From Piromyces finnis finn (taxonomy: Eukaryota > Fungi > Neocallimastigomycota), in contig MCFH01000045.1 in the NCBI GenBank assembly GCA_002104945.1, forward strand, positions 186,001-250,000: 64,000 nucleotides of DNA, written 5' to 3'. A model generated the notes under the pieces. It had not been told where the DNA came from. It searched no databases and worked only from the letters and a program-made list of their open reading frames with translations. Within the stretch, counting starts at the first letter, position 1; every line of letters starts with the position of its first letter. The position numbers and the translations under genes are program-made. Of this stretch, positions 1 through 13,172 are shown in pieces.

Positions 1-249
1 GTAAATAATCTCAGAGATATCGAAAACACCACCAAAGATACTTATAACAATACCTCGTCTATATTACCTAAAAATGTTAGAGCCTTTTATGAACAATATA
101 TTAATAATTATAAATCTAATCTTTGTGGTTCTATCGAAGAATATATTGATGATGAAGATTATGCAAAAAAGAAATATAAAATATCCTATTATATATTACT
201 ATTAACAGTACTATCTTTTATATATACATATAAATATGTTATATATTAA
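1..249 (+). CDS. 3' end of an unidentified gene (partial), ending in a hydrophobic C-terminal tail
   Basis: Frame 1 is open from base 1 to TAA at 247-249: VNNLRDIENTTKDTYNNTSSILPKNVRAFYEQYINNYKSNLCGSIEEYIDDEDYAKKKYKISYYILLLTVLSFIYTYKYVIY*. Composition is coding-like, and the tail resembles a TM anchor or GPI signal. Confidence 0.5.
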   Translation, partial: VNNLRDIENTTKDTYNNTSSILPKNVRAFYEQYINNYKSNLCGSIEEYIDDEDYAKKKYKISYYILLLTVLSFIYTYKYVIY

Positions 250-425
250 TAATAAATCTTTTTTTTTTTTAATTTAATTTTTAATAGAAAAATTGCAACT
301 TTATTTCATATAGAAAATCTTTATTTTTTTTTTTTTATTTTTGTATATTTTGTGTAGCAGATAGTTTAGATATTGTTTTTTTTTAAAGTTTAATTATGAT
401 TGGAAAAAATGTATAGGTTAAAATT

Positions 426-474
426 CTGGCAGAAGTCGAATTTCTTCTGGCTAAAATCGCCAAAAATCTAGGAT
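426..474 (+). repeat. Short dispersed repeat, copy A
   Basis: GAATTTCTTCTGG (438-450) plus CTAAAATCGCCAAAAATCTAGGAT (451-474) recur at 51609-51658. Confidence 0.7.
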
Positions 475-1165
475 TTATATTAAATCATCATATAATTTAA
501 CAATTTAAATAAATAAAACATTAAATTGTAGTTTTAAAATAAGATATAAAAAGTAGTTTTAAACATAAGAATATTTAATAAAAATATTAAATGTTTTTTT
601 TTTCATTTATTAATATTCTATAAATATTTTTTCCTTTTTTTATTTAAATATAAAAAGTAATAAATTAAGAAAAGTTTCGGATTTAATAGTTATATTTCAT
701 TTCATTTAGGATATGAGAAAGACATATAAAAGTATGTTTTTGTTTTTTTTTTTAATATAATATAATTTTAAAAATTGTTCTTAATAGACATTTGTTTATA
801 AATGTTAAGTAATATAATTGAAATGTTTATCAAATAATTAAAAAAAAAAGTTTCTTAAATTTGCCAAAAGGTTGATATAGAATTTTTTTTTTATATAAAA
901 AATAGAATCAATATAGATTATGATAATGGGAAAACTTTTTTTTTTTATTTAATAACCATATAATAAATAAGAAATAGTCAAATAATAGTTTATTATAAAG
1001 AATTAAACTTAATTAAATGTTATTAATGAAAAAATTATTTTCAGAATTTTTACAAAAAAAAAAAAAAAGAAAAAAAAAAAAATAGTTGATTATATAATTG
1101 AATAATAAAATACCGATATATTAATTATTTAAAATACAAATAATTTATATAAAAGGATCATAAAA

Positions 1166-1777
1166 TTATTCTACTAAACCTAATTCTAATAATTTTTTAG
1201 AACTTAGTTCAGAAAATGGAATAACAGGATCAGGTATTGATTTATGTTCATTAAGAATTTTTTCCATCCATACCATATGATACCAACAATTGAATTTATA
1301 ACCACATTTATTAAATAAACCTACTAATCTATAACCTAAATGTTCATGAAAATCTTTACTATTATTTGTAAGATATTCATCTTCTTTTTCAGGATATCCA
1401 ATACAAGCATATAAATTCGTTATATTTTGAACTTTTGAAATGTTTTCTATAACTTCATAAAGTCGTCTTCCTAAACCTTTTTTAATAGCATTATTTTTAA
1501 GATAAATCGTGGTTACTGCAGACCAATTATACGCCTCTCTTCCAATAAATGGACTAGTATAGGCATAGCCAATAACCTCATCATTTTCTTCTGCAACAAT
1601 ATAAGGATATTTTTGAAAACCATTGTTCATTTTTTCTTCCATACGTAAACGAAATTCATTCACCGTTGGTACTTTTATTTCAAAAGTAATAGCTGTCTTT
1701 TCAACATAATATTTATAAATTTTTTGAATTGATTCAGCATCTTTTACCGTTGCTTTTCTTATCTTAATACTTGACAT
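1166..1777 (-). CDS. GNAT N-acetyltransferase, phosphinothricin/methionine-sulfoximine acetyltransferase (Pat/YncA/MnaT)-like; intronless, bacterial type
   Basis: 203-aa ORF with IYKYYVEKTAITFE, YPYIVAEENDEVIGYAY, acetyl-CoA motif KKGLGRRLY, NSKDFHEHLGY and CGYKFNCWYHMVWMEK, all typical of the YncA/Pat subfamily. Confidence 0.9.
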   Translation of the reverse strand: MSSIKIRKATVKDAESIQKIYKYYVEKTAITFEIKVPTVNEFRLRMEEKMNNGFQKYPYIVAEENDEVIGYAYTSPFIGREAYNWSAVTTIYLKNNAIKKGLGRRLYEVIENISKVQNITNLYACIGYPEKEDEYLTNNSKDFHEHLGYRLVGLFNKCGYKFNCWYHMVWMEKILNEHKSIPDPVIPFSELSSKKLLELGLVE

Positions 1778-1863
1778 TTACCTTGGATATTTTGAATATT
1801 AATTTTTAATTTTAAATAATACGTTTAATATAAAACTTTTTTTTTTTTTAATATTTTAATATA

Positions 1864-1902
<39 letters not shown>

Positions 1903-2523
1903 AAAGGAAAAATAGAGCAATTTATACAATGAAATAAATTAAACTTTAAAATATTAATTTAACCATAAGAAATATAGGTTTAAATTAATACAGAAATCTT
2001 TATCATGATCCATTGATTTATTATATTTTAAATAAATGGCTTTTATTGATGATTAGAATTTTCTATACTTTTTATTAAGCGTTATATTGAATTGATATTT
2101 TTTTTTTTTTTTTAATTAATCAAATGGATAATATTGCCTATGGAAAAAAGAAAAAAGAAAAAAAAAAACTTTTTTTTACTTTATGCCAAAAAAATAAAAA
2201 AGATTCAAATTTATAAATAATTTTATTACTATATGTATTACTGAATTGAATTACATGAATAATTAAATATACAATAATACATTGTTTTATATATATATAT
2301 ATATATATAAAATAAAAATAAAAATAATTGTAATTTTTCTTTATACCATTATTATTAATCAAAATATAAAAAATGAAAGTAATAAAGAAATGAATAATAA
2401 AAATGAGGTAAAACTAAAGCACAAATAAGAGGTGAAAAAGAATAAATAAATAGATAAATATTTTTTTTTAGCATTTGTGCTATTTTTTTTTTTTTTTTAA
2501 CAAGTCTTTTTCAATAAATCCTT

Positions 2524-4804
2524 TTATTTATCATTTGAATCAGGTTGTGGGGAAGGAGAACGTGAATTTCTATTATCGTTTGATTGAACAACTGGTTTAT
2601 TTAATTCTTCATCTGGAATTCCTGGACTTTGGGAACGAGATCTGGATCTGGATCTGGATCTTGAACGAGAACGGGATGGGGAACGAGAACGAGATCTTGG
2701 ACTATTTGATCTTGATCTACTACGACTTCTGGATTGTGGAGAACGAGATCTTGAGCGTGGTGATTCTGATCTAGAACGTGAAACTTGGGATCTTGAGCGA
2801 CTACGAGATCTTGGTGAATTGGATCTTGAACGGCTTCTAGAACGAGAACCACGAGATCTTGATCTATATCTAGAACGTGAACGTGATTCACTACGGGAAC
2901 GAGAACGTCTTGAATATGAAGAACCAGAACGAGATCTTGAGCGAGAGCGAGAGCGAGAACGGGAACGAGAACGAGAACGAGAGCGATAGCTGTAGCGAGA
3001 TCTTCTAGATCTTGAACGACTTCTAGATCTTGATCTACGTCTTGATCTATCCTATAATTATAAATAATTATAAGATTTTTTCATTATTATTTATTTATTA
3101 TTATAAATATATATATATATATATATTAAAAATGATCCTATTATTACTTCACTTAAGTAGAGTTTTCTACCCTTTAATTCGGTTTCATCCAATCTTTTAA
3201 TAGCATCTTTCATGTCATCATAAGAAGCAAATTCAACAACACTTTATTAAAAAAATTAAATTTTTATTATTTATATTATTTTTTTATAAATGTATATAAA
3301 ATTAATAATTAAATATAATCATCATCTGTATATTTACCCTTCTCCTTCTCTTTGTTTGTGAGCATCGGCAAATGTAACTCTTCCAACTTTTCTGAAATAG
3401 TCCTTTAAGTCCTGTTGGTTATTTATTAATTATTGGTTATATATATAAAATTTTATATAGGAATTTAGATTACTTCTTATTTATCCATTTATTATTAATT
3501 ATATAATTGCAAAATAATAAGAGTTATTTTTTTTTTAAATTCTTTATATATTATATTAATGTCTTAATTTTTAATTATATTGTTGTATACATTATTATTT
3601 CTATTTTATTGTTTTAATAACCTTTTATTTTTCAAAGTAATTAAAAAAATTATAAAACATTTTTATATTTCAATTTATATATTTATAATTTACTCTTTAA
3701 ATAATCTATTGACATCCTTTGAAGATATCCTTTTAACAGTAATAAAAGATAACTTTTTTTTTTAATTGAAAAGATTCCTTCATCCCTTAACATCTTTAGA
3801 TTTTTTATATTTAGAATAAATACTATAGCCTCAACATTTTATACCAGGTGATACAATGAATATATTTTTCATATCAGAATATTTTCTCAGAATCACATTA
3901 TTTCAGATACATATTATTTTTAGAACATTTATCCCAGAAACTATACTTATTTGTTACTATACATATTATGAATATTAATTTTCATTTTCATATATTTTAT
4001 TTTTACCTGCCAGCTAACACTTGAGGATAAATTTTCTACAAGAACTCTATAATTTGTACGTTGTGGTGGACCGTATCTTTTAAAAAATTCAATAATACAA
4101 ATATTTTAGTTTTTTAACTTACCAGAAATATATATTATTCTATTCTTTTATTCACCTGTCACTTCTTCTATCATCTCTACGATCACTACGAGATCTTCTT
4201 TCGCCATGTGAAATTTCAACAATAATTCTATATAAAACAGTTAAAAGTATTTAGTATTTATATAGTTTTTAAATCTTTGTTAATAATAACTTAATTTTAC
4301 TTTTGGTCAAAGAATGTAGCGTTGTGGCAATATTTTACAGCATCTTCCGCATCACGATAATCATTGTATTCCTATTATATATTATAATTAATTATTTTAT
4401 GACTTATTTTTTTTTTCCTTTTTAATTTTAATAGTTAATGATTCTTACAACAAAACCAAAACCTTTATTATATATATAAAATTTAATAATATATAAAATA
4501 AATAAAGATTAGAATATAGAGAATGATAATAAACTTTGTATTTTTATCTATAATTAAAATATATTATAATTAAAGCAATTAAACATACCAAATTCGTATC
4601 TACTGTTTCTACTATTTTTCAAATTGATTTCTTTAATATCACCATATTTTTTGAAAAACTATTTATACATTTTATGGATGAATACTGTAAATAAATGAAA
4701 TTATTAAATATTTGATCATTTACTATATTTAAAACTACCTTTTCTACATCCTTTTCTGTAGCATCGCGTGATAATTTTCCAATATAAATTCTTGAATTAG
4801 ACAT
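2524..4804 (-). CDS. Serine/arginine-rich splicing factor of the SRSF4/5/6 (Srp2) type: RRM1, pseudo-RRM2 and RS domain, about 9 exons
   Basis: Spliced model: [22 protein letters not shown]|[15 protein letters not shown]...|GFGFV (14-nt micro-exon 4449-4462)|[12 protein letters not shown]...|...[23 protein letters not shown]|[19 protein letters not shown]...|[28 protein letters not shown]|RS repeats, ending at TAA 2524-2526. SWQDLKD is the diagnostic RRM2 motif. Confidence 0.93.
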
Positions 4805-5243
4805 TTTGTTTTAAAGAAAAATTCAAAATGTAAAATAAAACCTTCTTTTTTCTATAAAACAATAGTAATATATATATAACTGTTAATTACTGTTTTTAAA
4901 CTAAAATATATTATTATATTTGATCATCACTCTATTAAATAGATTACTATTTTATTCTTTGTAAAAATTAATTAAAAAAAAATAAATAAAATAAAAGCTA
5001 TTTAATTTTAATTCAACAACAATGAAATATTTTATAGATATTTTAATTTATTTTTTGTGTTAATAATGATAACAGTATAATAATATATACGTTATTAATG
5101 TTAATTTTAGTTATTTTAATTAATAATTGATGAATCAATTATAACCTGAATTTTATGATTCAAAATAATTTTAAATGTTTTTCATAATATATATTACTTA
5201 TTCAATTTACTATTTTATTACTTTTATAATTGTTTGAAAATTC

Positions 5244-5274
<31 letters not shown>

Positions 5275-5597
5275 CTTAATATATTGTATTCCAATGCCTA
5301 TTTAAATTATGATTATCCAAAAAAATGTTTCAATTAAATTTCATTTACCTTTAAATTAAATTATCTTAAATATTTTTTTATTACTTTTAATTTCCTTTTT
5401 TTTTTTTTTTTTTTTTAATTTTCTTTATATACAAAGAATATCAATGTCTTAAAAATGGCGTAATTAAAAAGTAATTTTAATTTGATGTACTATTTTATTA
5501 AAAAAAAAAAAAGAGTGTAATTTATATATTAAAAAAAAATAATAATAATAAATTTGTAAAAGTTATTCCACAGCTAATAATTTAATAATATAAAAAT

Positions 5598-5632
<35 letters not shown>

Positions 5633-6345
5633 TTATATCATATGATATATTATCAAAATTATCAATACATATATGAAACGAAGTAGAAAGGAAAAATTTT
5701 TTTAATTTTTAATCTTTTTTTTCTGTACCTCATATGAACTATATAACTTAAAATATAATAAACATAATACTTGTAATAATACTTGTATTATATTATATTT
5801 CTATAATGTATACAACAACTCTTTATTTTTATCATTTATACTATGAATAATTATTATAAAAGAACTTTTTTGTATAGATATTATTATAAAGCAACAAATA
5901 CATTTTTTGTTACACAAAATATTATTTATAAAAAGTGTTACAAGTTTTTTTTTTTTATAAAAATTATCTTTATTTTTAGTTTAAAATGCATTCTTTTTAT
6001 ATGATAGAAATCTCAATGTTAAGTACGATTGAAATTATGCATTATTATAAATTATAAAATTTCTAAATATTATTATTCTATTAAAACATTGGAATAGAAA
6101 TATAGAATTAAAAAATTTCAAATTAACCATTATTAATAAGATAAAAATAAATATGACTTTAATTATATATATATTTTATGTTTTTAGTTATAGTTTCTTT
6201 TATCTTTTTTTTTTTTTTTCTTTGTAAATCTCGATTTATTATTATTATTATTATTATTATCGTTGTTGTTGTTGTTGTTGTTGTTAATTAATTATATTAT
6301 CAAAAATTATTTTCAGATATAAAGTAAAATTTTCATTTAAACTCT

Positions 6346-6505
6346 TTAGTCTAATTCAACTGAAGCGTTCCTTATGAAATCATCATTTTTTTCGGATGGG
6401 AAGAAATCTTCTAATTTAACTGGTCTAAGTTCATTAGTCTATAAAAATTAATATAAATAATTTAATATTAGCAATGAAAATAAATATAAATTTATATTAA
6501 TCTTC

Positions 6506-6540
<35 letters not shown>

Positions 6541-8574
6541 ATCTTACATCGATAACAGCTTCATTTAAGTCTTTATCAATATTTCTAATATATTCTCTTA
6601 CAGGTACCATTACGGCGGCTCTGCATAATTCTTTAATATCACTTCCTATTTTTATTTTTATTTTTAATAATAATATTATTAGTTTTTGATTTTAAAGTGA
6701 AAATATATATTCTAATATGTAGAATAATTACCAGAGTAGTGGTTAGTTCTTTTTGCTATTTCTTCTAAATCTAAATTTTCGTCAATCTTTGTATCTTTAA
6801 GCATCTATATATATAATAGTATTATTAAGAAAAAAACAGCTTTCTATTATTTTATATTATACTTTTTAAATAAATACTTACAAGTTTTAATAATGTAACT
6901 CTTTGAGATACATTTGGTAATTGAACAGAATATCTTTTTGGCATTCTTCTAATAATAGCTTGATCTTTTTATCATTTTTTTTTATTAAACAGTAAACAGT
7001 TAATATATATAATAACTCAATGTTTTAAAAATTATTATTAAATTTACCAATATCATTTGGTCTATTAGTAGCACCCAAAATCTAATGAATATTAAGTAAT
7101 TATTAGTTTTTTATTATTAATAATTCATATTTTTTTTTTAATATTTTTTTTTTTAAATACGTACAATAATTCTTGAGTTAGAGTCAGATACTAAACCATC
7201 CCATAAACTAAAAATAGATATTACATTATGTCATTTAATATAAAATTACTACTCTATATTTATTTTATAAATATTTATATTTTACCTCATAAATTCTGCT
7301 TTCATCATAGCAGTAGCTTCATGATCTTGAGAACGTCTGTCTCTTAAGAAAGAATCAATTTCATCAATGAAAATAATGGTTGGTTCTAATTTATGAGCTA
7401 ATGAGAATAGAGCATTAACTAACTTTTGACTTTCACCATACTATTATTATAATTGTTATAATAAAAATAAATAATTTTTTATTATTACATATTACATGTT
7501 TATGTATTATATTTATTCTACTATATTTTATTAAAATTACATATTTATCAGTGAGAGTTGAAATATGAAGATTAATGAAATTGGCACCAGATTCTTTAGC
7601 AATAGCTTTAGCTAACATAGTTTTACCACAACCAGGTGGACCATATAATAAAATTCCTTTTGGATTACTTAATAAGGAAGATGTTTTTGAAAATACATTT
7701 GGATAAACTAATGGATAGATGACATTTTCCTTTATAGAATCAATAATTTCATCTAGACCACCAATATCTAGTAAAATATAATATTTTTAAGAAAAATAAT
7801 GAAGATATAAATTATTATTAAGTAAATTTTATTATAAAACTTTTTAATTTATAATTATCATAATTTTTATTTTTATTATTGGCGGCATCTATAATTAATT
7901 TATAAATATTGATAATATTATAATTGATTTTTACCACTAAAGTTAACAGGAATATCATCTGGGAAAATTACTTCTGTTGCAATGATTTCTTCGTATTCAT
8001 TTAGAGCTAATTCTTTTAAACCGAGTCGGTCTAAAATTTGTGATGCTTTTGCTTTAGTTTCATCTCTCTTTTTTTTAGTTGGATCGAGTGATTGTAATAC
8101 CCATTTTACACCTTTTTAATTTTTAAAATTAAAGGTTATCACAATAATTAATTATAATTTATGAATGAAATTTAATTTTTTAATATTTTATTGTAAATAC
8201 AAATGTAGTATTTATCAAATTATTAACTATATAAAATTTTAATTATAGCATATTAATATTAATTATATTGTAATAATCATGAAATACCATAAAATAATAC
8301 AGCTTGTGAAACAAGAAATGCGGTTGCTTTTAAAATTTGATTAAATTATTTATAATGAATAAAAATTTAGATTGTTTTATATACATTTTATTTTTCATTA
8401 TATAAATAAAAAAAAAAAAATAACAATAACGATTTATTTAATTAATAAATATAATTATATATATATAATTATAAATGAATTAAATAAGGTTGTACCTTCT
8501 AAGATTATTTGTTTTGTAGATTGATTTCCTGATGATTTTGTATAGCGATTAATTAAATTTGTAATTGAAGACAT
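6346..8574 (-). CDS. MSP1: Msp1/ATAD1 membrane AAA+ extractase (multi-exon)
   Basis: N-terminal TM ([15 protein letters not shown]), [28 protein letters not shown], Walker [14 protein letters not shown], Walker [31 protein letters not shown] and [14 protein letters not shown] at 8572-8574, TAA at 6346-6348. Confidence 0.93.
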
Positions 8575-9810
8575 TTTATTATTTTTAATGTTGTTATCCA
8601 ATTTTTAATATTAAAAATCTTTATATAAATAATTGATTGCTCCTTTTTCCTTTTTTTTTTTTTTTTTATAAAAAAATAAAAAAAAAAAAGTGTATAAATG
8701 TAAAGTAATTATAATGTTAATTTTTGAAAATATATATTTATTTCCAGTTAATTATATTTCTATTCAATTTTTGTTTACTTTTTTTTTGTTTTAAAAAAAA
8801 AAAAACGTTTGAATTATTTAATTTTGTTATTTATTTTTCTTTGTTTCTATCTTATTTTAAAAATTATTTATTTTTAACTGTTTAAAAATAATTTATATTT
8901 TTTAATTAAATTCTATAAATTATATATATAAATCTTGTTAATATTTATAATTAAAATTTAATTATATATACAATATATACTTTTATTCCTACCTTCTACC
9001 TTTTATTATTAAATGTTCTCTTTTCTAAAAAAGAAAAAAAAAATATATTTTCTTTCAATTTTGAAATTTGTATTTTTTTTTTAAAAAAAAAAAAAAAGAA
9101 ATTTAAAAGGCAAAACGAAATAAAAAAAAAAAAAAAAAGTTTAAAAAATGAGAAATAAATTAAATTTAATAATTTAATCTTGAATTTTAATTTTAATAAT
9201 TTAATAAATGAATGAATGTTTATTTTATTGAATAAATTAAAACTGAAAATTAAATGTATAACTAAATAAACGACAAAGTTTAAAATATATTTATATATTA
9301 ATTGAATATATTTTGAAAATATATTTATGTAAAAAAAACATAAATATTGATATGATGAAACTAGTCATTATGGGAAAAGAGTCATTATAATATGAATTAT
9401 ATGTTTAATAATAAATCTTAATTACAACTAACCATGAATAGAATTTAAAACGTATATTAAAAACTAATTATATTTTATATTATATTCTTTTGAAAATCAT
9501 ATTTAAATAATTATCGAGAATAAAATAGCTATTACAAGCATAACAAAATAGTAACTATATTAATATTTATTAAAGTTTTTTATCTTTTATTAGTTTTTTT
9601 TTTGTAATACTCTGTAATTTAAAAGGTTAAATAAAAATATTATAATAAAATATAGCTTTTGTATTGTTGTTTTTTGGTAATAAAACTACTTATTCTATAA
9701 TTATTAATTAAAATTTATACAAAATCTTTATATTGTATAAAAAAAAAGAATATGTAAAAATAAAATGAATATATTTTTAAAGAAATTGTCAAAAAAAAAT
9801 TCACTTTATA

Positions 9811-9906
9811 TGATATTCATTATTTTTTTGTTATTCTTATTTAATATAACTTTTACTAAGATGATATTCATTATTTTGTTATTTTTACTTAATATAACTT
9901 TTACTA
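9811..9906. repeat. Imperfect tandem duplication, about 48-nt unit x2
   Basis: TGATATTCATTATTTT(TT)TGTTATT.TTA.TTAATATAACTTTTACT occurs twice in succession. Confidence 0.7.
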
Positions 9907-11866
9907 CTTATAAAAAGTTCAACAGAAATTAAATTATTAATAACATTAATATAACAAATACATTAATTGCTATAATAAATCATTATGTTGCTTTATATTT
10001 TAAAATTATTAATTAGTATTATATATCTAAGTTTTTAATGCTTACAATAACGATAATTATATAATTAATGTTTATTTCAGATATTATATAATATTTTTAT
10101 TTTTACATTTGACTTTTAAAAACAAAAAAAAAAACTATTTCTGATAAAATAAAAAAAGAAAATATTTCATTGAATAGTAGGATAAATAAAAAATAAATAA
10201 ATTAAAATATTAGTATAAATGTGTTTCTTTTTCCTTTTCAATTATCATTAATAATGTAATAATAATTATATGAATATTAGTTATTGTTGTTATTGTTATT
10301 AGTATTATTAGTATTATTTTAATTTAATTATTATTATTTTTTTTATTCTAATTATTAGTATTAGTATTACTATTATTATTGTTGTTGAAAAAGTAATGTA
10401 TATTTGTAGTATATACTTATTTATTTGAATAGCTGTTGTAAATGGGAAATCGTACATTTAAAATTTAAGATTTTTTTTCAGTTTGATTTTTTAATTTTAT
10501 TGAAATTTAGTATATAATAAAGTTAAGAAAAACAAAAACAAAACAATATTTTTTTAAAAAAAATTTTAGATTAGTATGCTTTATTTAAATTTTATAAAAT
10601 TTTAAAAGATATTAATCAACTATTATAAACAATATTTATTTATTAACTATTGATACGTAAAAACCTTAATATAAGATAATAAAACAATTTTATTATAATA
10701 AAGGTTTATTAAATCAAGGTATCAAGGTATTACTCTAATTGTAATTTATATCTTCAAAAAAGATTAAGCATTTAATTACATCTCAATATTCATTTCATTT
10801 GTAAGAAAATATTGATATCCATCCTGAAGTTTCATAATATTTAATTAAAATAATATATATTTTAAAACTACAAAGTATTCTAGAATCTCAATAGTTAAAA
10901 GTTTACTATCAATATTAAATATTATATTAAAATATTTTTATTGAATAAAAAACTCTCATTTGAGAAAAGGCGTTATTAATAATATCATTTTAAATTTTTA
11001 TAATATTCAATTTTAATTCCTATTAATTATGCATTAATAAAATTCTCCTATAGAAAAAAAATATTAATTATTAAATAAAATTATTTTTAAATAAATATAA
11101 TAAGTCATTTCCATTTTTAAAGGTTTTTACTTTTTCATTTTAATTCTATTTAGTATAACCAGAATAATAATGGATAAAATTTTATATATAATAGAAATTA
11201 ATGTTTAAACTTTTTATTGTTGTTTTGATTTTAAGATTACTTACAGAAATGAATATGATTTTTAATCATAATTTTTCAACTATAATTTTAATTATAATAA
11301 TAATATTAAAATAATTAATGGAAGGAAAATTAAGAAAGAGAAAATTAACTTTTTTTTTCAATTCATTTTTATTTGAAAAAAGCTTTTTTTTTTTCAATTA
11401 AATTTATTTTAAATTCTTTCTTTCTTTTCCCTTTTTTTATTATAAAAATTATATGTATTGTTAATTAAAATTTAATTAAATATTAAATATAAAAAGTAAA
11501 AAAGGAAGAAAAAATCGCTTTTTTTTTTTACTGGTTTTACTTTTTTTTTTTTTTTTTTTTGGTTTTTTTTTTTTTTTCGGTTAAAAAATAATATTCTTTC
11601 CTATTAATTTATTAAATATTTATTTTTAACATTAAAAAAAATCAAATTGAGAAAAAGCAAGAAAGGATAATATTTTTAATGTAAATTATAAAGTTTTTTT
11701 TTTTTTTTATTTATAATATTAAAATATTTAAATAATTATATTAATGATGAAAATAAAAATAATAAAATATAAAATCAATAAACAAAGGAAAGAAAAAAAA
11801 AAAGATATATAATTTGATGTTGATAAATCAAAAGTTTTTTTTAAAACTATCTAAATTCATTATTAA

Positions 11867-12007
<141 letters not shown>

Positions 12008-12311
12008 CCAAAATCATTATCATATTAATATTAATATTTATAATAAAGATAAAGATGATGAAACAGTTTATTCTATACATTAAATACATTAAGATGAATT
12101 AAGATGAATAAATGCTTGATAATAAATAATATTTGTTATATCAATAAATGTATTATTAATTGTTAAAAAAATTATTATGTTTATTATAATAATATTTATT
12201 AAATATGTTTAATTATTAATGATAAAATTTTAGATAAATATAGAAAAAACTCATTTTTAAAGTGTTTTCCAAAAATTTTATTGAGTAAAATTATTTTATT
12301 GAAAAAAAATA

Positions 12312-13127
12312 ATGGGTTGTGGAGCTTCAAAAGTTTCAAATCAAGCCGTTTCACCAGCTGTAAATGAAACTCAAGATGAAAATAAAAATAATACTAGATC
12401 TCTAAATACTAATAATAATGTCCTTGCTTCTTCCACCTCAAATTCTACTACCTCACCAACTACAAATGATAAACAAAATACCACTCCTCAAAATGATTTA
12501 AAAAATGATGACTTGCCATCAGATAAAAACGATGCATCACCATCAAATATACCGTTACCATCTTCTCCTAATGAAAATGAACATGAAATTGGCAATCAAT
12601 TAAAGAAATCATCATCAGCAACTTTAGGCTTAGAAAAGTCTAGATCAAAATCAAGATCAATACTAAAGTCAAAATCAAAAAGCTCATTAGTTGAACCTGT
12701 TGAAAATGAAAATAAGGATGAAAATACTAAAGAAAACAAAAGAGTGGGAAGTTCAAAAAGTAACTCTTCTTCATATCTTAAGAACAAAGAATTATCAAAT
12801 AGTAATATAATAAATAATAAATATGGAAGTAAGTTTTTTTTTTATTATAAATATTATAATAAATTTTTTATTTATTATTATTAATAATAATGATAGTAAT
12901 AATAAAAAAAGAATTTCAATTTCACAAAAAATATCAATATTTTATCATAAATATATAATAAAATGATATTTAAAACTAATTATATTATTATTATTATTAT
13001 TGATTTTATTACATTGTATGAAAATTTCTATTAATTAATAGAAATAATATTCATTAAAAAGTATAAATTATTTGATGAAAATTCAAGTAAATATTATTAT
13101 ATTTATAATAATATATAAATTTATATA

Positions 13128-13172
<45 letters not shown>

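Noticed and set aside
2475-2891. ORFs 2475..2774 (+) and 2601..2891 (-)
   Set aside because: Antisense and alternative-frame shadows of the RS-repeat last exon of the SR-protein gene.
7433-7520. Msp1 pore loop reads DKYYGES instead of the usual DKWYGES
   Set aside because: Conservative aromatic change at an exon junction, and the splice model is by eye. Not enough to claim altered function.
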